DNA of 64,000 bases, taken from Octopus sinensis. Lineage: Eukaryota. Positions within the stretch are counted from its first letter, which is position 1. Each line of letters starts with the position of its first letter. A program made the position numbers and the translations under genes. The stretch covers positions 11,656,001 through 11,720,000 of the forward strand of contig NC_043022.1 of NCBI RefSeq assembly GCF_006345805.1, in the 5' to 3' direction. The notes beneath the pieces were generated by a model. That model searched no databases and was not told the origin of the DNA. It saw only the letters and a program-made list of their open reading frames with translations. Positions 1-13,235 of the stretch are shown here, piece by piece.

Positions 1-235
1 GTTGATAACAGGATCTGTCCCATATATGATAGCAGGTGATATGACATAAACCCACAGGTCAGCAATGCTCAGGTACAGGACCAGTGCATGCAGGATGGCC
101 TGGTCACCCTGCATGCATCTCAGGCACTTTTGGCTGATGGCAATTTTGTGCCTGTAGAGTTTATGTCAAACAGGAAAAGCTCCCCAGAAGCCCTGCGAGG
201 CCAGGGACTTCTGAAAGTTACTGCTAATGCAATAC
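1..235 (-). mobile_element. Decayed L1/Tx1-like LINE 3' fragment (CCHC zinc-knuckle region)
   Basis: The reverse complement resembles the KLYRH...CxRC...LHAL...IADLW region at 25730-25850. Confidence 0.5.
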
Positions 236-761
236 CAGGCAGCGGCTCTCAAGGCTTTTGATCTTAACTGATTGGAAGTGTTATCATGTACATTGTTTTG
301 TCTTGGTATAAAAGATGGGCTACAGCAAATATACTGCTCAATACCACAGATTTGCTTGTTAGTTGTTTGACCTTAACCAGTTGACCATGTCCCTTAGTGG
401 ATGACGATATGTGCATCTCTGATCATGAGCAGAAGTAGTAGGGGAGCATCATGGCCACGTGTTGAGAGGAATTCTTTGGGGTTTGAATAATTCACCTTTG
501 GAAACATGGGTGCTTCATTCATCATCCTTAAACAACCCTTCTTCAGGAATCTTTTGAGTGGGATGGGCTACTAGACCCGAAGAAAATTCTAACTGGGACC
601 CACCTGCAAGGTCATGCGCTGTTTATTTTGATATGAGATCGCTATGTCACGCACATATGGTTGTGATGCATGTGCTTGGCATACCTTATCAGATGAGTAG
701 TCAGGATGAGTATACTAGGCTTCATATATTTTACCCAAGTGTCACTTTGATGGCATGCACT

Positions 762-762
<1 letters not shown>
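236..762. mobile_element. About 520-bp dispersed non-autonomous repeat
   Basis: Reverse-complement copies at about 22490-22905, 23402-23955 and 46295-46795. Confidence 0.8.
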
Positions 763-832
<70 letters not shown>

Positions 833-2023
833 ACGACGACGACAAAAAATTCTAATTTAGAGACCAGATAAGCAATTTGGTAGAGGAGAGTGTTAAGTCA
901 TTTAAATTGACCCCAGTATTTGACTGGTACTTTTGTTTTATCAACCCCATGTCTATGAAAGGCAAATTTGACCTCAGCTAGGTTTGTGCTCAGATTGTAA
1001 AGAATTGTAGCTAAATAATATATGGAATTTTGTCCAATGATTCTACCACAATAACAACAATAACAATTTAAATTTAAATGAAATTTCAATAAAAATTACT
1101 GAAAGTTAAATTTGAATTTTTAAAACGAATTTAATGAATTTTAACCAAATTTATCTATTTTTATTTTTAGTTATTTTTATTTATTTTGAGTTGATATTTT
1201 TTATTTTATGTTGAATGAAATTTCTCATCCAGTAACCCTTAAGTTTTAGCAACAAAACCTAACAGAAGTAAACTTAGCCAGCAAAATATATTGATTATTA
1301 AATGGAAAGCTTTAGATTTCCAATAGATTGCATTTTCTATGAATCAATTTAATATGGCAAAAGAAAAATGTTTTTTGAATAAATAAATTACTCAAGTAAA
1401 TAACTGTTTTAAACATTTGCAATATGGTTGCCACATATAAGTCATTGAAAAACAAACAAAGACTGCTAACTTCACTTTATCAGCTGCCTGACAAGTACAC
1501 TTCCAAAAACTCAGTTTTAATTTTACTCAGAATTCTTGTTTTCCATAATGGATGTTTTTAATAAGTTGTGAATATAAAATTTAACCTTTGCTCAATAACT
1601 GACGACTGAGTCATGAAGAATCCTAGTCTTTTTTTTGCATTTTGGAATTTTATTTTTCCTTTTTGAGAATTCTAGGACATTGTAGGGTAGGTGTGAAAGG
1701 CTAGATTTGGCTGGTTTGAACATAAAACAGAGTATTTGGGCCTGATATGGCTCGTCTCGTTTAAATCCTGAAGGGTTAATTAAATGAGAAATACATTCTA
1801 CATAACTAAATTAGCAACAAATAAGTGAGTGAAGTCTAAATAATTTCCTTGTACCTTTTTAAATTTAACATAATAACTTAATAATTACAAAACAATTTTT
1901 AATTTATTAATTAACTGGACATTAAAAACACCAATTTAAGAGATTAAAAACAGTAATGAGGGCCCACTAACCAGTCAAACTGGCAAGTGATAGATATGTG
2001 ACTTGACCCTTATCAGTGGACCT

Positions 2024-2083
<60 letters not shown>

Positions 2084-2473
2084 CTGGGTGCTTATAATGG
2101 ATGCAATCATAGCTGAGTGATTCAGAAGTTTGCTTTGCAATCATGTGGTCCTTTATTATTTAAACTAGTCTTCTCCAGCCCAAATGTCCTTATGTTCAAA
2201 CCAGCCAGATCCAGCCTCATACACCAACCCTACAGTGTCAATCTAACAATTATATCATTGAAATCTCAAAGCTATAAGATAATGCATGATTAATTAAAAA
2301 CAATACATTTGATAGAATACTAAGAATGCTATCGGGTTATAAAAGGATTTATTTCCCATGACTTAGATGTGCAATGACATTACATGAATGTTTCCTTCTT
2401 TTGGGTTTTGCAGTAAAAACTTAAGGTTTCCCTTTCTCTCCTTGCTTCTCACAATTGTTTATTTTCTCTTCAG

Positions 2474-2745
2474 GGCAAGTACAAGCTATTATTAGGGACT
2501 GTAATGATAAGACATTTTCATTCTCCATGGAACATCCACCATACAAAAAACTTGAAACTGTTGATGGGAATTACAACATTTCTGTGTGCTCTTATGTTAC
2601 CTCTCTAGGAGCAATACTGTGCATTTCGTTGTGCAATGAAGACATGTGCAATGGCATATTTGGCAAATCAGATTGCATTACATTGAGCTTACCACTATTT
2701 GTCATATCATTACTTTCAGTGAAGCGACTCACAAACTTCAGTTAA
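2474..2745 (+). CDS. Ly6/uPAR three-finger gene A, proximal terminal exon 3a (C-terminal half of LU domain plus hydrophobic tail)
   Basis: Pyrimidine tract and ttcag acceptor (AG 2472-2473), phase 1. Translates (G)QVQAIIRDC-x28-C-x10-C-x3-C-x4-CNGIFGKSDCITLSLPLFVISLLSVKRLTNFS*, with the LU terminal CN motif and an NIS sequon. Paralog at 51406-51677. The upstream exons lie outside the window. Confidence 0.88.
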
Positions 2746-3177
2746 CTCTTTAATCATTGTCAGTCCTACCAGCCATGATTTCAATATTAGTTCACAGACG
2801 TTGTTTTCCACATTTTATTGGTTTATATTAAGGGTATTTATTTAATTGACACCAGAAAGATTAACAGTAAAACCTGTAGGATGGCAATGAAGAAGAAGAA
2901 AAATACTAAACTATTGTCAGCTTCATTACAAATTCAAATATTATCAAATAAAATAAACCTGTCATACTTTAAAGAAAGAAACAAAGACTTGACAAAAGAA
3001 TGGACAAAGAATGGATTGAAAGAAGGAAGAAAGAAAGACAAAGAGTTTTGTTGAGTTCAGTTTGTCATCACATTCATTCACAATATAAAGATAAAACAGA
3101 GTCATCTGGCTTTCTACATTCAAAGGTCACATCCTGTCATGGTCAACTGTACCTTTCTTCCTTTCCAGAACCTATAA

Positions 3178-3194
3178 AATAAAGAATCAATAAA
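3178..3194 (+). promoter_or_regulatory. Candidate polyadenylation signals for exon A3a
   Basis: Two AATAAA (3178-3183, 3189-3194). The A/C paralogous similarity ends about 55 nt downstream. The same signals occur at 52123-52139. Confidence 0.5.
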
Positions 3195-3267
3195 ATAATA
3201 GAGCCATTTTAATTGACTCTCTCTCACACCTGCTATCAAAATTCCTGGTTTTATGCCTGTATTAGAA

Positions 3268-3476
3268 ACAATTGGCTGAAGCATCAGCATGCCAGGCAAA
3301 ATGCTTAGCATCATTTCATCTGTTCTTACATTCTGAGTTCAAATTCTGCCGAGGTCGACTTTGCCTTTTCATCCTTTCGGGGTCAATAAAAGAAGTACCA
3401 GATGAACACTGGGGTCATTGTAATCAACTCATCCCCACCTCCCCCAATCTTCCCTTGTGACAAAAATTTGTAATCA

Positions 3477-3507
<31 letters not shown>

Positions 3508-3735
3508 TCATGAAGGTGGCACGATGGCAGAATCCTTAACATGCTGGGCAAAATACTTAGTGGTGATTCATCCATCTTTATATTCTGAGTTCAAATTCTG
3601 CTGAGGTCAACTGTGCCTTTCATCCTTTCAGGGTTGATAAAATAAATACCAGTTGAACATTGGGGTCAATGTAATAGACTAACCTCCTCCCCTCAAATTT
3701 CAGGCTTTGTGCCTATAGTAAAAAGGACTGTGGCA
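3268..3735 (+). mobile_element. Cephalopod-type SINE copies (two in tandem; family has more than 15 copies in the window)
   Basis: Conserved core ttctgagttcaaattccgccgaggtcgactttgcctttcatcctttcggggtcgataaa with (ATT)n flanks. Other copies near 4880-5600, 19522, 23168, 26198-26835, 28302 (-), 43330 (-), 43890 and 46051. Confidence 0.8.
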
Positions 3736-3799
3736 AATAAATGAAATCATTATTATTATTATTATTTACTTTTAATCTGCATGTTTGTTACAATCACTC

Positions 3800-4850
3800 A
3801 CCGAGACACACCCAGTGTCCTAGGGCAAGTGAAGAATAAAGGACGTTACAGAATGGGTGAAAGCTTGTGGAGGGGAAATAGCAGGGGCAGTAGCAAAATA
3901 TCTTCATGTAATACAACACATACATTTAAATTGATAGCGTTTTTCTAAGGATGTGGGCAGTACTTGTCAGCACAATCTTTTAGATTTCTCTGAGACATGG
4001 TTATCCTGGGATAATATCTAGATGTTTCTGATATCCCTTTCTTATCATACCTAGGGTACCCACAATAACAGGAACAATTCTCGCTTTAAGATGCCACATC
4101 TTTTGTATTTCAATTTCCAGGTCCTTATATTTACTTAATTTGTCAAATTCCTTTATAGATATATTTTTATCAGTGGGAACACTACATCTGTTAGTCTACA
4201 AGTATTTTCTTCTCTGTCTTTAATGATTATGTCTGGTCAATTATCCTGGATCATTTTGTTGGTGTTGAAAGGAAAATCCCAAAGAATAGTGACATTTTTA
4301 CCTTCAACAACTGGTCCACGATTATATTCATACCAATAAGCAGGAGTGCTGATTTTGTAGTGTTTACATATTTTCCAATGTAAATACTGTTCTACACTAT
4401 CATGGCAATTTTTGTATTCATTTGGTGTCAGCACAAGCCATGCCAAGATGAGATGGTCTATTGTTCCATCAAATGTATCACAGAATCTGCATTTAGGATT
4501 AGAACCATTTTGAAGAACGTTAGCCTTGTAGTTTATGGTATGCAAGCTTTTAACTTGTGCCGCCAACATGAAACCTTCAAATCTCTGTTTTCAGTCCTGA
4601 GCTTCTCAGCCACTGATGGGTTGTTGTTTGATCTACATCAGCATTTCGGCTTCAAAGTATATACTGTCTATGCAGAGGCTTCTGGCTCCACCACACCTCA
4701 ATTTGTTTTTGCAGTCTGTTTGATCTGTTTTGCTTTTTCCATGGCAGGGGTTTCAGGTTCTTCATCTAATTCAGGGTTAATGCCAAGTTCCCTTGCAAAT
4801 TTGCAAGCTCCCTTGACAATAGAATGTGACTTTTTGCTACTTTCATGTTA
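3800..4850 (-). mobile_element. Decayed R4/Dong-like non-LTR retrotransposon 3' part (CCHC plus restriction-like endonuclease)
   Basis: ORF 4237-4569 reads AAQ...PKCRFC...TIDHLI...HD...YLHWKICKHY...ILWDF, followed by a PDII-like segment with stops and frameshifts. Confidence 0.75.
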
Positions 4851-5104
4851 CTATTATTATCATTATTATTATTGCTAGCATGTCAAAAATTGTTAAATAG
4901 CATTTATTCTAGCTTTACAGTTTGAGTTCAAATTTTAACAAGGTCAGCTTTCCCTTTCATCCTTTCAGGATCAATAAGTACCAGTTGACCACTGAGGGTA
5001 GAGGAGGATTTATTTGACCAATCCTTTTGCAAAATATTTTGTGCAAAATTTAATATAGTAGAAAGCATTGTTATTATTATTATTACTACTATTACTATTA
5101 TTGA

Positions 5105-5182
<78 letters not shown>

Positions 5183-5726
5183 CATTAAGGCGGTGAGCTG
5201 GCAGAATCATTAGCACTCTGGACGAAATGCTTAGTGGCATTCTGCCTGTCGCTATGTTCTGAGTTCAAATTCCGCCAAGGTTGACTTTACCTTTCATCCT
5301 TTTGGGGTCGATAAATTAAGTAACAGTTGAACACTGGGGTCAATGTAATTGACTGGTCCACGCCCCCAAAATTTCAGGCCTTGTGTCTATAATATAAAGT
5401 ATTATTATTATTATTATTAAGGTGGCGAGCTGGCAGAATTGTTAGCATGCTGAGTAGTATTTTGCCTGTCACTACATTCTGGGTTCAAGTTCCTTTGAGG
5501 TCAACTTAGCCTTTCATCCTTTCAGAGTGGTCAATGTAATCGACTAGTCTCCTCCCACAAAATTTCAAGCCCTTGTGCCTTCAGTAGAAAGGATTATTAG
5601 TAATATTTTCATATACACTCAACAGATTAGACTGTTAGAAAACAAAAGGATCCTAACAAGTAGCCTTAGATGCCAAGAACCCTCCTAAGTATCCTAGTTG
5701 TCCTTAATAACACTTTTTTCTGGAGC

Positions 5727-5778
<52 letters not shown>

Positions 5779-5992
5779 TGCTATGAATAACAGCCATATC
5801 TCCTTCAAGTCTGCAATCTTAAATAAGGTGAAAGCACATTACAAAATGTAGTCAGAGATATATTCTTAGAAAAGGATGGTCATGGTCGGAATGCTAATGG
5901 TCTTAGATATGCTTGAACTGGATTGATCCCAGAGTAAACAACAACAGCAGGAGCAGCAATAGCAACAACAACAATGAAATCAAGTGAAAATA

Positions 5993-6031
<39 letters not shown>

Positions 6032-6440
6032 TCATCATCATCATCGTCGTTGTTTAACATCTGCCTTCCATGCTGGCATGGGCTGAACGGTTTCGTTGAG
6101 GACTGGCAAGCCAGGAGGCTGCACCAGGCTCCAATCTGATTTGGCAGAGTTTCTACAGCTGGATGCCCTTTCTAACACTAACCACTCCGAGAGTGTAGTG
6201 GCTGCTTTTTACATGCCACCAGCATAGGGGCCAGTTAGGTGGCACTGGGATTGACCATGTTCAAATGGTGCTTTTTATGTGCTACTAGCATAGGAGCCAG
6301 TCAGGCAGCACTGGCAACAGCCATGCTCAAATGGTACTTTTTAAGTGCCAACAGCATAGGACCAGTCAGGTGACACTGGCATCAACCACGCTCGAATGTG
6401 CCACTGGCATGGGAGCCAGTCATGTAGTACTGGCATCAGC

Positions 6441-6831
6441 TGTGGAGGCGCAATGGCCCAGTGGTTAGGGCAGCGGACTCGCGGTCATAGGATCGCGGTT
6501 TCGATTCCCAGACTGGGCGTTGCGAGTATTTATTGAGCGAAAACACCTAAAGCTCCACGAAGCTCTGGCAGGGGATGGTGGTGATCCCTGCTGTACTCTT
6601 TCACCACAACTTTCTCTCACTCTTACTTCCTGTTTCTGTTGTACCTTGTATTTCAAAGGGCCGGCCTTGTCACTCTCTGTGTCACGCTGAGTATCCCCGA
6701 GAACTACGTTAAGGGTACACGTGTCAGTGGAGTGCTCAGCCACTTACACGTTAATTTCACGAGCAGGCTGTTCCGTTGATTAGGATCAACCGGAACCCTC
6801 GTCGTCGTGACCGACGGAGTGCTTCCATTCC
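6441..6831 (+). mobile_element. tRNA-derived SINE with 12-bp target-site duplication, nested in an older repeat
   Basis: Pol III A box (tggcccagtgg) and B-box-like gtttcgattcc. TSD actggcatcagc at 6429-6440 and 6832-6843. Related head at about 57995-58300. Confidence 0.85.
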
Positions 6832-7282
6832 ACTGGCATCAGCCACAACAATGATTTCACTTGACTCTATACATATATATATACACACAAACCTTTTATA
6901 CATACATCAAAACATTTGTCATATAAAATGAAGAAAGGAGAAAGGAGCTGAGGAGACTGACAATATTTTCATCATTTAAAATTTGCACACATTCATATGA
7001 ACTCCATATATAATCGATACAAACTCATATAAACATATTCTGATAAATTATCTTCTGAAGAAGCAAAGACAAAAGATCAATTCTTTTAAATTCATTCTAT
7101 ATATATATATATAAATTGAGATAGGGGTTGTGAGTGCAACCCTCCATGGGATAACATATATCCAATATACTGCTAGTAAAGCACCCAACAAAGTTAATAC
7201 ATAAATGTTAAGAATTGCGATGCAATCAATTCATTTACTGTATTATATGGGTAAAGGTAAAATGTTTTACCACAAATTAATA

Positions 7283-7857
7283 ATACAAAATAAGAAAACG
7301 GAGAAATACATCTTAATCAATAATCAACTACCAGATAATACCCAATCACATAATTTATTAAACCACTACATATGAACATTAAGGTCAAACATAATAATAT
7401 AGAACAAAACAATGTACATCAATGAGTAATATGATACAATAAGTACAGTATGTATAAGTGAATATAAATAAATACAAATATAAATATAAACTACATCTTA
7501 CAGCTGTTTTGGCCATGCAGATATGGGTGTCTCATTATGCTCATATTAGCCATGTGAGATACGTTCTACATATTAACCTATCTCACATGGCTACTATGAG
7601 CATAATGAGACACCCATATCTGCATGGCCAAAAGAGCTGTAAGATGTAGTTTATATTTATATTTGTATTTATTTATATTCACTTATACATACTGTACTTA
7701 TTGTATCATATTACTCATTGATGTACATTGTTTTGTTCTATATTATTATGTTTGACCTTAATGTTCATATGTAGTGGTTTAATAAATTATGTGATTGGGT
7801 ATTATCTGGTAGTTGATTATTGATTAAGATATATTTCTCCATTTTCTTATTTTGTAT
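7283..7857. repeat. Long palindrome (about 280-bp arms), probably Penelope-derived
   Basis: Near-perfect inverted arms centred near 7570. Arms contain a degenerate (G)AAACAGCTGTA hammerhead 3' half. Confidence 0.85.
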
Positions 7858-8586
7858 ATATATATATATATATATTTGTATTTTTAATTTTTAATTTACC
7901 TGAAGAAACAGTTCTTTATATGATGTAATTGATTTGTTAATCAATAAAAAAACATGTCTGAAACAGCTGTAGTGAACCACAGCCCCTTTGTGCAAATATG
8001 CAACCAATAATGGAAGCAAATGATCTGATGCATAAGAATTTTTTCTACCCTCATGACAGCAGGTCGATTTATCAAATGTATATTTGTTGTGTAGTTTTGA
8101 TCTATTAATATTTAAATATCTATTCAATATATATTTATATTTAAATATTCATTATCTGAAAACCTTCAGTCTTTGCTTTCTTTCTGTTTGCATGTGTATG
8201 TATATACATATATATATACATGTAAACAGCTATTATATTTAATTTGTTTGCCTATATACAAATATATATATATAAACTACTGGAGATCTTAAAGTAATAT
8301 TTGTTTTATTGCTTGTGTTTTCTTTACTTTTTATTTTATTGTACTTTTTATATCATTTCTTTTACTTGAACTTGTTTCAGTCATTAGACTGTGGCCATGC
8401 TGGGGCAGTGCCTTAAAGGGCTTTGTTGAATAAATCAATCTCAGTACTTATTTATTATTATTTTTTTTTTGTAAGCCTGGCACTTATTTTATTGGCATAT
8501 TTCTGCTGAATTGAGGAGTTACGCAGACATAAACAAACCAACACCAGATGTCAAGCAGTGGTAGTGGACAGGCACAAAAACAGACG

Positions 8587-8626
<40 letters not shown>

Positions 8627-10224
8627 AAACCAAATTATTTTATTCCACCCGGGTAGAAATATAGAAAAAAGAAGTTGAAAAATCACTGGGATTTGTTTAG
8701 ATTTTTTTATTAAAAAATTTTAAAAGTCTTTACCAATTTCACAGATTTCTCTGATTTTCGAAAGTTGCAACAGCAGGAGATGGAGCTATGCTGCAACTGT
8801 CTTGCTCCTAACTGGGGTTCAAAAATTCTTTAGATTTTATAGAGAGAACATGGCTGAAATTAATTTCTATTTTGGATATGATTTGATTGACCAAAGATGA
8901 TCACATAATTAGGGTTAGAAATTTTTGTAAGTTCCCAGCCACACCTGTTCTTTAAGGTCATGTGACAATATGTTGGGCACCATAAGTTAAAGTTATCACA
9001 GATGAGTGAATGTCTCTTGTGACAATCTCAAACAATCAAGGTTTTCTGAATTTAATCTGCCAAGTGTGGTAGAGGGTGATCATGTGATCAAGCTTAGAAA
9101 TTTTTTATAGGTTCAATACTACATCTGTGCCATTCAATGGTTGTACCATTTAACCTTTTAGCACTTCAGCCAGCCATATCTAGCCCAGATATTTTACCTG
9201 TTTTATGTTCAAGCACCGACCTTAACATTTACACCAACTCTACATCATCCTAAAAGTAAACAATCACATCATTGGAATATTCAAGATGCATGATTAATTC
9301 AAAAAATGTCAACAAAGAAACATTGAATTTAAGAGAGTAGTTTGAATGCTGTTGTCAAAGGGTCTTTCTGGTTAAATGTTTGGTCATCTTCAGGTTACAT
9401 GTAGATGTCACATGATGCACAGGTAAGACACAGTAAAGTAAAATGAAACACAAAGAGCAATCACTGAAAGAAACAACAACAACAACAACAACGGGGAACG
9501 GAGAATATATTACCTGACATTCTGTCTGTTACAACGAGGGTTCTAGTTGATCTGATCAATGGGAAAGGACTGCTTGCGAAATCAATGTGCATGTGGCTGA
9601 GTATTCCACTGATGTGATTACCCTTAAGGTAGTTCACAGGGAGATTCAGTGTGACGCAGAATGTGTCGAGGCTGGTCCCTTTGAATTACAGATACAACTC
9701 ATTTTTGCCAGATGAGTGAAGTGGAGTCATGTGAAATAAAGTGTCTTGCTCAAGGACACAATGTATTGCAAGGAAAAGAACTCACAACCTTACAGTCATG
9801 AGCTGAATAGCCTAACCACTGAGCCACCCACCTTCATTAATCATTACTTCTACCTGGGCACCCTGTCCCTTCATAAAGTCACACACCATCATAGGAGCAA
9901 TCACAGGTACCACATTTAGTCAATAGAAAGCAACAAAGAATATGTCAGAGCTACCATGGACTATGCCATTCTTGGTTGGGCCCTTAATCTCTCTACAATA
10001 CCATACAAAGAGTATAAAACAGTGCAGTTTGCAACATAACAGGTTGTACACAGCATACACCCATGGACCATCTACACAATGAAATGAAATTACTAAAAAT
10101 GAAAGATCACCCTGTCATGCAAAAAGCACAGTCTTTAATATTCACAGCCCGTGTCACTACATAAAAAACAACCTACAAATATCCAGACATATGTATAATT
10201 CATCTGAACTCTATAAATAAATAA

Positions 10225-10480
10225 ATAAATAAATGCGCCCTTTTAAAGCCTAGCCAGGCTCATGGGCCCGGTTTCCCAGTTTCAATGGCATATGTGTGCC
10301 TCAGCTGGACAGGATGCCAGTCCATCGCAGCGTTTCTCATTTTTGCCAGCTGAATGGACAGGTGCAACATGAAATGAAGTGTTTTGCTCAAGAACACAAC
10401 GCATCGCCCGGTCCAGGAATCGAAACCACAATCATACGATCATGATGCTGACACCCTAACCAATAAACCACGTGCCTCCA
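10225..10480 (-). mobile_element. tRNA-derived SINE
   Basis: Reverse complement has a tRNA-like head (tggaggcacgtgg...ggttagggtg...gtttcgattcc) and a (TTTA)n tail. Confidence 0.65.
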
Positions 10481-11266
10481 CTCTGAACTCTATCCCGACA
10501 ACGTAAAATGATATTTCCATCTCTCAGCCTGGTCCAGCATAAAGAACATATGCCCAGAAATATCTGCAACATTTCATTAACTCCAAACAGTAAGATGGGT
10601 TGTATGCCAACACTAATAACTGAAAAGAGGCCTCAAAACTTGCATAGCAACTGTGTCCACCACATTTGACTCTACTGGGATCATAACCAGGTCCCACAGA
10701 CATACAGAAACCACCTGGACAGGAAAGAAATTGCAATATGCCCAAACTGTCACACTGCACCCTATAAGGTTTAGCATTTATATTTGAGAGTATTCAGTGT
10801 GGTTCTTGGACAGAAGGAAACAGTATTACAGATAGGAAGGCAGTATGGTTCAGACCTTGTTGTGTGGTTAACTATATTAAATCTACAGAACAGCTGAAAC
10901 AGAACATGGGTGCAATGCCATACAAACAACAAAAACACCACTTTTAACATTATTATCAAGATCCCTTAACTGTTGCGGTGTCACTCTAGATGCTTTCATA
11001 GTCAGCCATCACCACTGGTCTCTGTTCTCTGACAGATTCTCTCTATAAGGTGACCTGTCCAGTCCTTGATATTGTCAAACCAGGATTTTCTCAGTCTGCA
11101 TTTCTTTCCTCCTCCCTCATCTCTACCTTGAAGAATAGTTTTGGGCAGGAAGTTGAGGCAGGGTGCATAACCGTACCAGGCAAGCTTCTGTCTTTTTATC
11201 TGCTCAAGGAGTGGTACCTGTCTGCCAGTATAGTGGTTGACTTGCTGCCTGACATTAGTACTTTAA

Positions 11267-12613
11267 AATAACAGACAGGACACTAGTATTATACAAAAGG
11301 TAAGTTACCAGTAATAAACAACAGAAGATATAACAGAGTTATCATACAACACATAGGGGTTGCTTTAGTATACCAGCACTACCATCATATCCTCCTTCTA
11401 ACTTCTCTCACTTATATAAAGTGGAGTAAGCATACATCTTTAAGGTGCTTGACTATCACATTAGCCTCTCAATGCTGGCATAAAACCATCTCTTCCTCTC
11501 AAATACAACCCCCTCACACACACACATTAGGCTGAAGGGGATTTTCCCTTTTTGTTACCTTGTAAGTTACTTGGAAATCTCACTTGAGCTAGCATGAAAA
11601 CAGCACCCAGTGCACATAGTAGAGTGGAAGGCATTAGAAAGAGCATTCAGCCATACAACCATGCCAAAGCTGACACTGGAGCTCAATACCGCCCTGTGGT
11701 TCATCAGATCCTGTTAAACTATAAATGCAAGCCAACCTGGAAGACAGAAGTTGATTGATGATGGCAAGTAATAGGGATGATGATGATGATACTCACGTTA
11801 CATACAACAAAAGATTTCAATCTCATCATACACAGCACCTGATTTCACACAAGGATTGTGCAATTCTCGGTATGACAAGTAAGATGAAACAGTATCGCAT
11901 ATAATACTATTATTATCCATTTCAAGAAATGACACAGGCATTGTACAACAGATATAACAGTAAGTATAAGAGATACGCCACTAGCATTATACAGTCACCA
12001 GTTGTGATAACAGCACTGCACAACACCAAATATCACACTAGAATTACATATATCAACAGATATGACAACAGTATGATACAATATGAACATTATATACCAA
12101 ATATACAACTCCACATATGAACTCCACATTATACAACTCCACATATGAAAATAAAATTATGCAAGACCAACTTTTCAGACACTGAGGTGTCCAGAACCAC
12201 TTGTAATCTACATTAATTTTCACTGATGTACAGGTACCTGTATTTTTATGTAATTATTTAAATAAATCTAATATTTGTTAAATTTAATATTTGTTAAATT
12301 TAGAATGTGTTGACCAAGATGACCAACCTTGGTCTGAAAAAAAAAGAAACAAATTGTAATTAAGAAAGGTTTTGGAACCAAAGGTTCCAGAAAGTTGATA
12401 CTGTACTTGTAGTTGAAGGCAGGTATATGTAACATTACCTGCAAGGTATGAAATCTATGTGTTATAAAACCATGAGATTTCCTATAGTTATGTGTGATTT
12501 GTGTGTGTGTGTGAGAGAGAGAGAGAGAAAAAAAGAGTGTGTGTGTGAGTGAGAGAGAGAGGGGGAGAAAGAGAGGGTGTGTGTGTGTGTGCGAGAGAGA
12601 AGGGGAGAAAGAG

Positions 12614-12656
<43 letters not shown>

Positions 12657-13235
12657 TTGTGCATATATGTCTGTGTGTGTGTGAATGTATGTGTCTGTGT
12701 GTGAGCATGAGTGTGTGTGTGTGTGAGAGAGAGAGAGAGTGTGTGTGTGTGTGTGTGTATGCGTATGTGAGTATGTGTCTGCACCAGAGTGCGTGCATGT
12801 GTATGTGTGTGTGTGCATATACATGTGCATGTGTGTTTGTCATGTTTGCATGTGTGGTTACTGATATGCAAGCAAATATTCCTATGCATCTATCTACATC
12901 TCTTTTCCTTTTTCCTTTTCCCCACCAGGTGAGATATTCAGCATCATCAGAGACTGCAACCAGCAACAGTTCTCATTCAACACTGGCCTCAATAAATACA
13001 AAATCTTCCAATACCTGAATCCATCCAAAAACACCACACTGTGCACAATCAGTGGCTGGTCCCTTATCTGTGTCACCATGTGTGACACAGATATGTGTAA
13101 TGCTCCATCCAAAGGCCATCAGCCAACATCTGTCACTGGACTTTGGTTCCTGACCATTCCACTTTCCACCAGCATCAGTTGGTTCTTTTAATGAAAACTG
13201 CCTACATATTCTACAAATAGTGAATACATACATAC
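11267..13235 (+). repeat. Segmental duplication blocks around exon 3b (copy 1; copy 2 at about 56067-58710)
   Basis: 11267-11355, 11670-12262 and 12870-13235 match 56067-56155, 56160-56903 and 58345-58710. Confidence 0.9.
12929..13191 (+). CDS. Ly6/uPAR gene A, distal alternative terminal exon 3b (not in ORF track)
   Basis: Strong acceptor tcttttcctttttccttttccccaccag, phase 1. Translates (G)EIFSIIRDCNQQQFSFNTGLNKYKIFQYLNPSKNTTLCTISGWSLICVTMCDTDMCNAPSKGHQPTSVTGLWFLTIPLSTSISWFF*, with 5 Cys, CN and a GPI-like tail. Paralog at 58401-58663. Confidence 0.88.

Larger units (their letters stand above)
845..3250 (+). repeat. Segmental duplication block around exon 3a (copy 1; copy 2 at about 49394-52195)
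   Basis: 845-1480 matches 49394-50030, and about 2190-3250 matches about 51120-52195 nearly base for base, interrupted by copy-specific sequence. Confidence 0.92.

Noticed and set aside
2818-3182. ORFs conserved between the duplicates (also 51750-52127)
   Set aside because: They lie in the 3' UTR, and a 13-nt indel shifts the frame between copies, so conservation reflects recent duplication.
6190-6440. CRISPR-like or novel ~55-60-bp repeat array (also 30500-30720)
   Set aside because: Degenerate internal tandem repeats of a dispersed eukaryotic repeat family, with no unique spacers or cas genes.
6441-6520. tRNA gene
   Set aside because: It is the tRNA-like head of a SINE, with body, tail and a 12-bp TSD.
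11275-11305. Conserved AAG|gtaagt donor-like site (also near 56099) as a hidden exon between 3a and 3b
   Set aside because: No Cys-rich or signal-peptide frame upstream, and the upstream sequence differs between the two copies.
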